A stretch of 64,000 nucleotides of DNA from the human T2T-CHM13v2.0 reference genome, Homo sapiens: assembly GCF_009914755.1 (NCBI RefSeq), contig NC_060948.1; one strand, written 5' to 3'. Within the stretch, counting starts at the first letter, position 1, and every line of letters begins with the position of its first letter. The notes under the pieces were generated by a model. That model was not told the DNA's origin. It saw nothing but the letters and a program-made list of their open reading frames with translations, and did no database searches. The position numbers were made by a program, and so were the translations under genes. Shown here piece by piece: positions 58,694 to 64,000 of this stretch.

Positions 58694-60798
58694 AGATCCA
58701 TATTTTTTAAATGAAAAAAAATTTCAAAGGTACTCTGCTTGGTACAATAATCAAATGTATAAACTGAGGAATAAAACATAACCATGAAACCTACTTATAA
58801 CTGCATATGGAAAATACAGAGGATAATTTTTTAAATAACATATTTTGAAAGCCTTAACTAGTAATTTGAAGAGTTGGCATTTGAAAGGCCAGTATGAATA
58901 TACCTTCAAAGCAGCAACACAGGTTCCCCATGAGAAAAAGCAAACACAGGGAAAATAAAAACACAAAGGTTCAATCTCTTCTGACCTTTGAAAGACACAG
59001 CACAGACAGTGGTCCTTAGGACGAAGAGCAGGAGACCCCTAATTCCGTCACCATGGCGATAGGGCATAAACATTGCTGGGTGAGGGCACAATCCACATTG
59101 TGAGGTCCAACTGCTGCCAGGAAGACAGGAGTGCTTTTACATAGACCGAAAGGTCATTGAAGGCTCAGAGTTTTGTTTCAAGAACTGAATCCCAAGCCCA
59201 CACGTTATTAGGCTGCGCTTCTTAAAACAAGTTATGAGATGGGAAAAAGGGCACCCACAAACATACGTATACATTATGTATATAATAATATACAGTATCA
59301 TATATATAATATATATAACCTATGTATAATATTGTTTTACATCCTGCATCTTATGTTATATATATTGTATAAAATATAGTAATTGATAATATATAAGTTT
59401 TATAATTATACAATATGACATATAGTATATATTATAATTTATGACATATATAATATATGTTATATATCATATATAGAATATATTATACGGTTAATATACG
59501 TATTAAATATAAATTATACATTATATATATTATATATAATATATCTGTTATATATAATACCCATTATGCATAATATATATATTATGTCTATTTTATATAT
59601 AGTATAAAACAACATATAATAATATATAATTGTATATATAAAATGCGACATATAATATATATTATATTTTATAACATATGTAATATATATTATATATTAT
59701 ATATAATACGTTGTATGTATAATACCTATATTAAATATATATTATATGACTATGTTATTAATTACATGTCACATGTGTTATATATTATATATTTTACATA
59801 GAATATACCGGTTACATACAATATATACTAAGTTACCTATAATGTATAATTTATTACATGTAAAATAAAGAATGCAATATATTATGTATAATTTATAATA
59901 TACAATATGTGGAATGTGATATATATAACATATAATATATGATATATGATATACAGTATATGATATATAACATACAATATATGATTCCTAATATATATGG
60001 TATACAATATGTATTTTATGATATGTATTCTATATGTTTTATATTCTGTTATATATAACTATTTGAAATTATATATAACTGTATAATATTTTATGTAAAT
60101 ATGTAATATAATATATATAACTATATAATATATTATATATAACTATATATTATGTTATATATACTTTTATAACATAATTTACATAAAATATCATAATATA
60201 ATATATATTATATTATTTCATATTACATAATATATATTACATATCACCCAATATAACTAACATACATAATATTATAATATAGATTATATTGTGTTATATT
60301 AAATATCATATATATCATGTATCATATATTCTATAATATATATTACACATTATATAATATGTATGTTGTCTATTATGTGATATATATAACTCTATATATA
60401 ATTATATTTTTATACAAATAACTAGATAAACATGTAATTCTACATATTTTCATTTATAATATGTAGAATTATATAATCATATATAATTATTTATATTCTA
60501 TAAAAAATTTTATCATTATATAAATTATAATATATAAAAATTATAATATGTACTACAAATATATATATTATATATCATATATGATATAGTAACTTTGTTA
60601 TATATCATAATACATATAAATGTGTATTATGTTATCTATAATTATATAATTTCATATATAAGATGTATAATATGTATCATATATTATATATGTTATGTAA
60701 TATATATAGTATATATAAGATGACACAGGATAAATATTATATACTATGACATATAAAATATATGAGGTTATATGTTACATATAAGGCATAGCACATAA

Positions 60799-61113
<315 letters not shown>

Positions 61114-63218
61114 AGATCCATATTTTTTAAATGAAAAAAAATTTCAAAGGTACTCTGCTTGGTACAATAATCAAATGTATAAACTGAGGAATAAAACATA
61201 ACCATGAAACCTACTTATAACTGCATATGGAAAATACAGAGGATAATTTTTTAAATAACATATTTTGAAAGCCTTAACTAGTAATTTGAAGAGTTGGCAT
61301 TTGAAAGGCCAGTATGAATATACCTTCAAAGCAGCAACACAGGTTCCCCATGAGAAAAAGCAAACACAGGGAAAATAAAAACACAAAGGTTCAATCTCTT
61401 CTGACCTTTGAAAGACACAGCACAGACAGTGGTCCTTAGGACGAAGAGCAGGAGACCCCTAATTCCGTCACCATGGCGATAGGGCATAAACATTGCTGGG
61501 TGAGGGCACAATCCACATTGTGAGGTCCAACTGCTGCCAGGAAGACAGGAGTGCTTTTACATAGACCGAAAGGTCATTGAAGGCTCAGAGTTTTGTTTCA
61601 AGAACTGAATCCCAAGCCCACACGTTATTAGGCTGCGCTTCTTAAAACAAGTTATGAGATGGGAAAAAGGGCACCCACAAACATACGTATACATTATGTA
61701 TATAATAATATACAGTATCATATATATAATATATATAACCTATGTATAATATTGTTTTACATCCTGCATCTTATGTTATATATATTGTATAAAATATAGT
61801 AATTGATAATATATAAGTTTTATAATTATACAATATGACATATAGTATATATTATAATTTATGACATATATAATATATGTTATATATCATATATAGAATA
61901 TATTATACGGTTAATATACGTATTAAATATAAATTATACATTATATATATTATATATAATATATCTGTTATATATAATACCCATTATGCATAATATATAT
62001 ATTATGTCTATGTTATATATAGTATAAAACAACATATAATAATATATAATTGTATATATAAAATGCGACATATAATATATATTATATTTTATAACATATG
62101 TAATATATATTATATATTATATATAATACGTTGTATGTATAATACCTATATTAAATATATATTATATGACTATGTTATTAATTACATGTCACATGTGTTA
62201 TATATTATATATTTTACATAGAATATACCGGTTACATACAATATATACTAAGTTACCTATAATGTATAATTTATTACATGTAAAATAAAGAATGCAATAT
62301 ATTATGTATAATTTATAATATACAATATGTGGAATGTGATATATATAACATATAATATATGATATATGATATACAGTATATGATATATAACATACAATAT
62401 ATGATTCCTAATATATATGGTATACAATATGTATTTTATGATATGTATTCTATATGTTTTATATTCTGTTATATATAACTATTTGAAATTATATATAACT
62501 GTATAATATTTTATGTAAATATGTAATATAATATATATAACTATATAATATATTATATATAACTATATATTATGTTATATATACTTTTATAACATAATTT
62601 ACATAAAATATCATAATATAATATATATTATATTATTTCATATTACATAATATATATTACATATCACCCAATATAACTAACATACATAATATTATAATAT
62701 AGATTATATTGTGTTATATTAAATATCATATATATCATGTATCATATATTCTATAATATATATTACACATTATATAATATGTATGTTGTCTATTATGTGA
62801 TATATATAACTCTATATATAATTATATTTTTATACAAATAACTAGATAAACATGTAATTCTACATATTTTCATTTATAATATGTAGAATTATATAATCAT
62901 ATATAATTATTTATATTCTATAAAAAATTTTATCATTATATAAATTATAATATATAAAAATTATAATATGTACTACAAATATATATATTATATATCATAT
63001 ATGATATAGTAACTTTGTTATATATCATAATACATATAAATGTGTATTATGTTATCTATAATTATATAATTTCATATATAAGATGTATAATATGTATCAT
63101 ATATTATATATGTTATGTAATATATATAGTATATATAAGATGACACAGGATAAATATTATATACTATGACATATAAAATATATGAGGTTATATGTTACAT
63201 ATAAGGCATAGCACATAA

Positions 63219-63533
<315 letters not shown>

Positions 63534-64000
63534 AGATCCATATTTTTTAAATGAAAAAAAATTTCAAAGGTACTCTGCTTGGTACAATAATCAAATGTAT
63601 AAACTGAGGAATAAAACATAACCATGAAACCTACTTATAACTGCATATGGAAAATACAGAGGATAATTTTTTAAATAACATATTTTGAAAGCCTTAACTA
63701 GTAATTTGAAGAGTTGGCATTTGAAAGGCCAGTATGAATATACCTTCAAAGCAGCAACACAGGTTCCCCATGAGAAAAAGCAAACACAGGGAAAATAAAA
63801 ACACAAAGGTTCAATCTCTTCTGACCTTTGAAAGACACAGCACAGACAGTGGTCCTTAGGACGAAGAGCAGGAGACCCCTAATTCCGTCACCATGGCGAT
63901 AGGGCATAAACATTGCTGGGTGAGGGCACAATCCACATTGTGAGGTCCAACTGCTGCCAGGAAGACAGGAGTGCTTTTACATAGACCGAAAGGTCATTGA

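Overview
The whole 64 kb window is one uninterrupted head-to-tail tandem array of a ~2.4 kb composite satellite: 26 full units plus a partial 27th, all in the same orientation and differing only by scattered SNPs and two small indels. Each unit has a minus-strand, 5'-clipped, diverged Alu (~290 bp), a ~570 bp moderately GC-containing segment (HSATI-like) and ~1.55 kb of extremely AT-rich low-complexity DNA. This architecture, the 2420 bp unit and a predicted 2.14 kb HaeIII fragment match the human DYZ2 / HSat1B satellite, most likely Yq12 heterochromatin. This identification comes from recognition, not a database search. Unit starts, anchored on AACTAGATAA: U1 1, U2 2414, U3 4834, U4 7247, U5 9667, U6 12087, U7 14507, U8 16925, U9 19338, U10 21751, U11 24169, U12 26582, U13 28995, U14 31408, U15 33828, U16 36241, U17 38654, U18 41067, U19 43480, U20 45900, U21 48320, U22 50740, U23 53160, U24 55580, U25 58000, U26 60420, U27 62840 (partial). 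I find no credible protein-coding gene, RNA gene, CRISPR array or new gene system; the supplied ORFs are repeat artefacts. The interesting signal is the array's hidden structure: three unit-length classes, nested multi-unit duplications readable from shared SNPs, short conversion-like tracts, an island of more diverged units, and motifs fixed in most or all units (a 14 bp-stem hairpin, an internal duplication in the Alu, paired AAAGGTCA sites).
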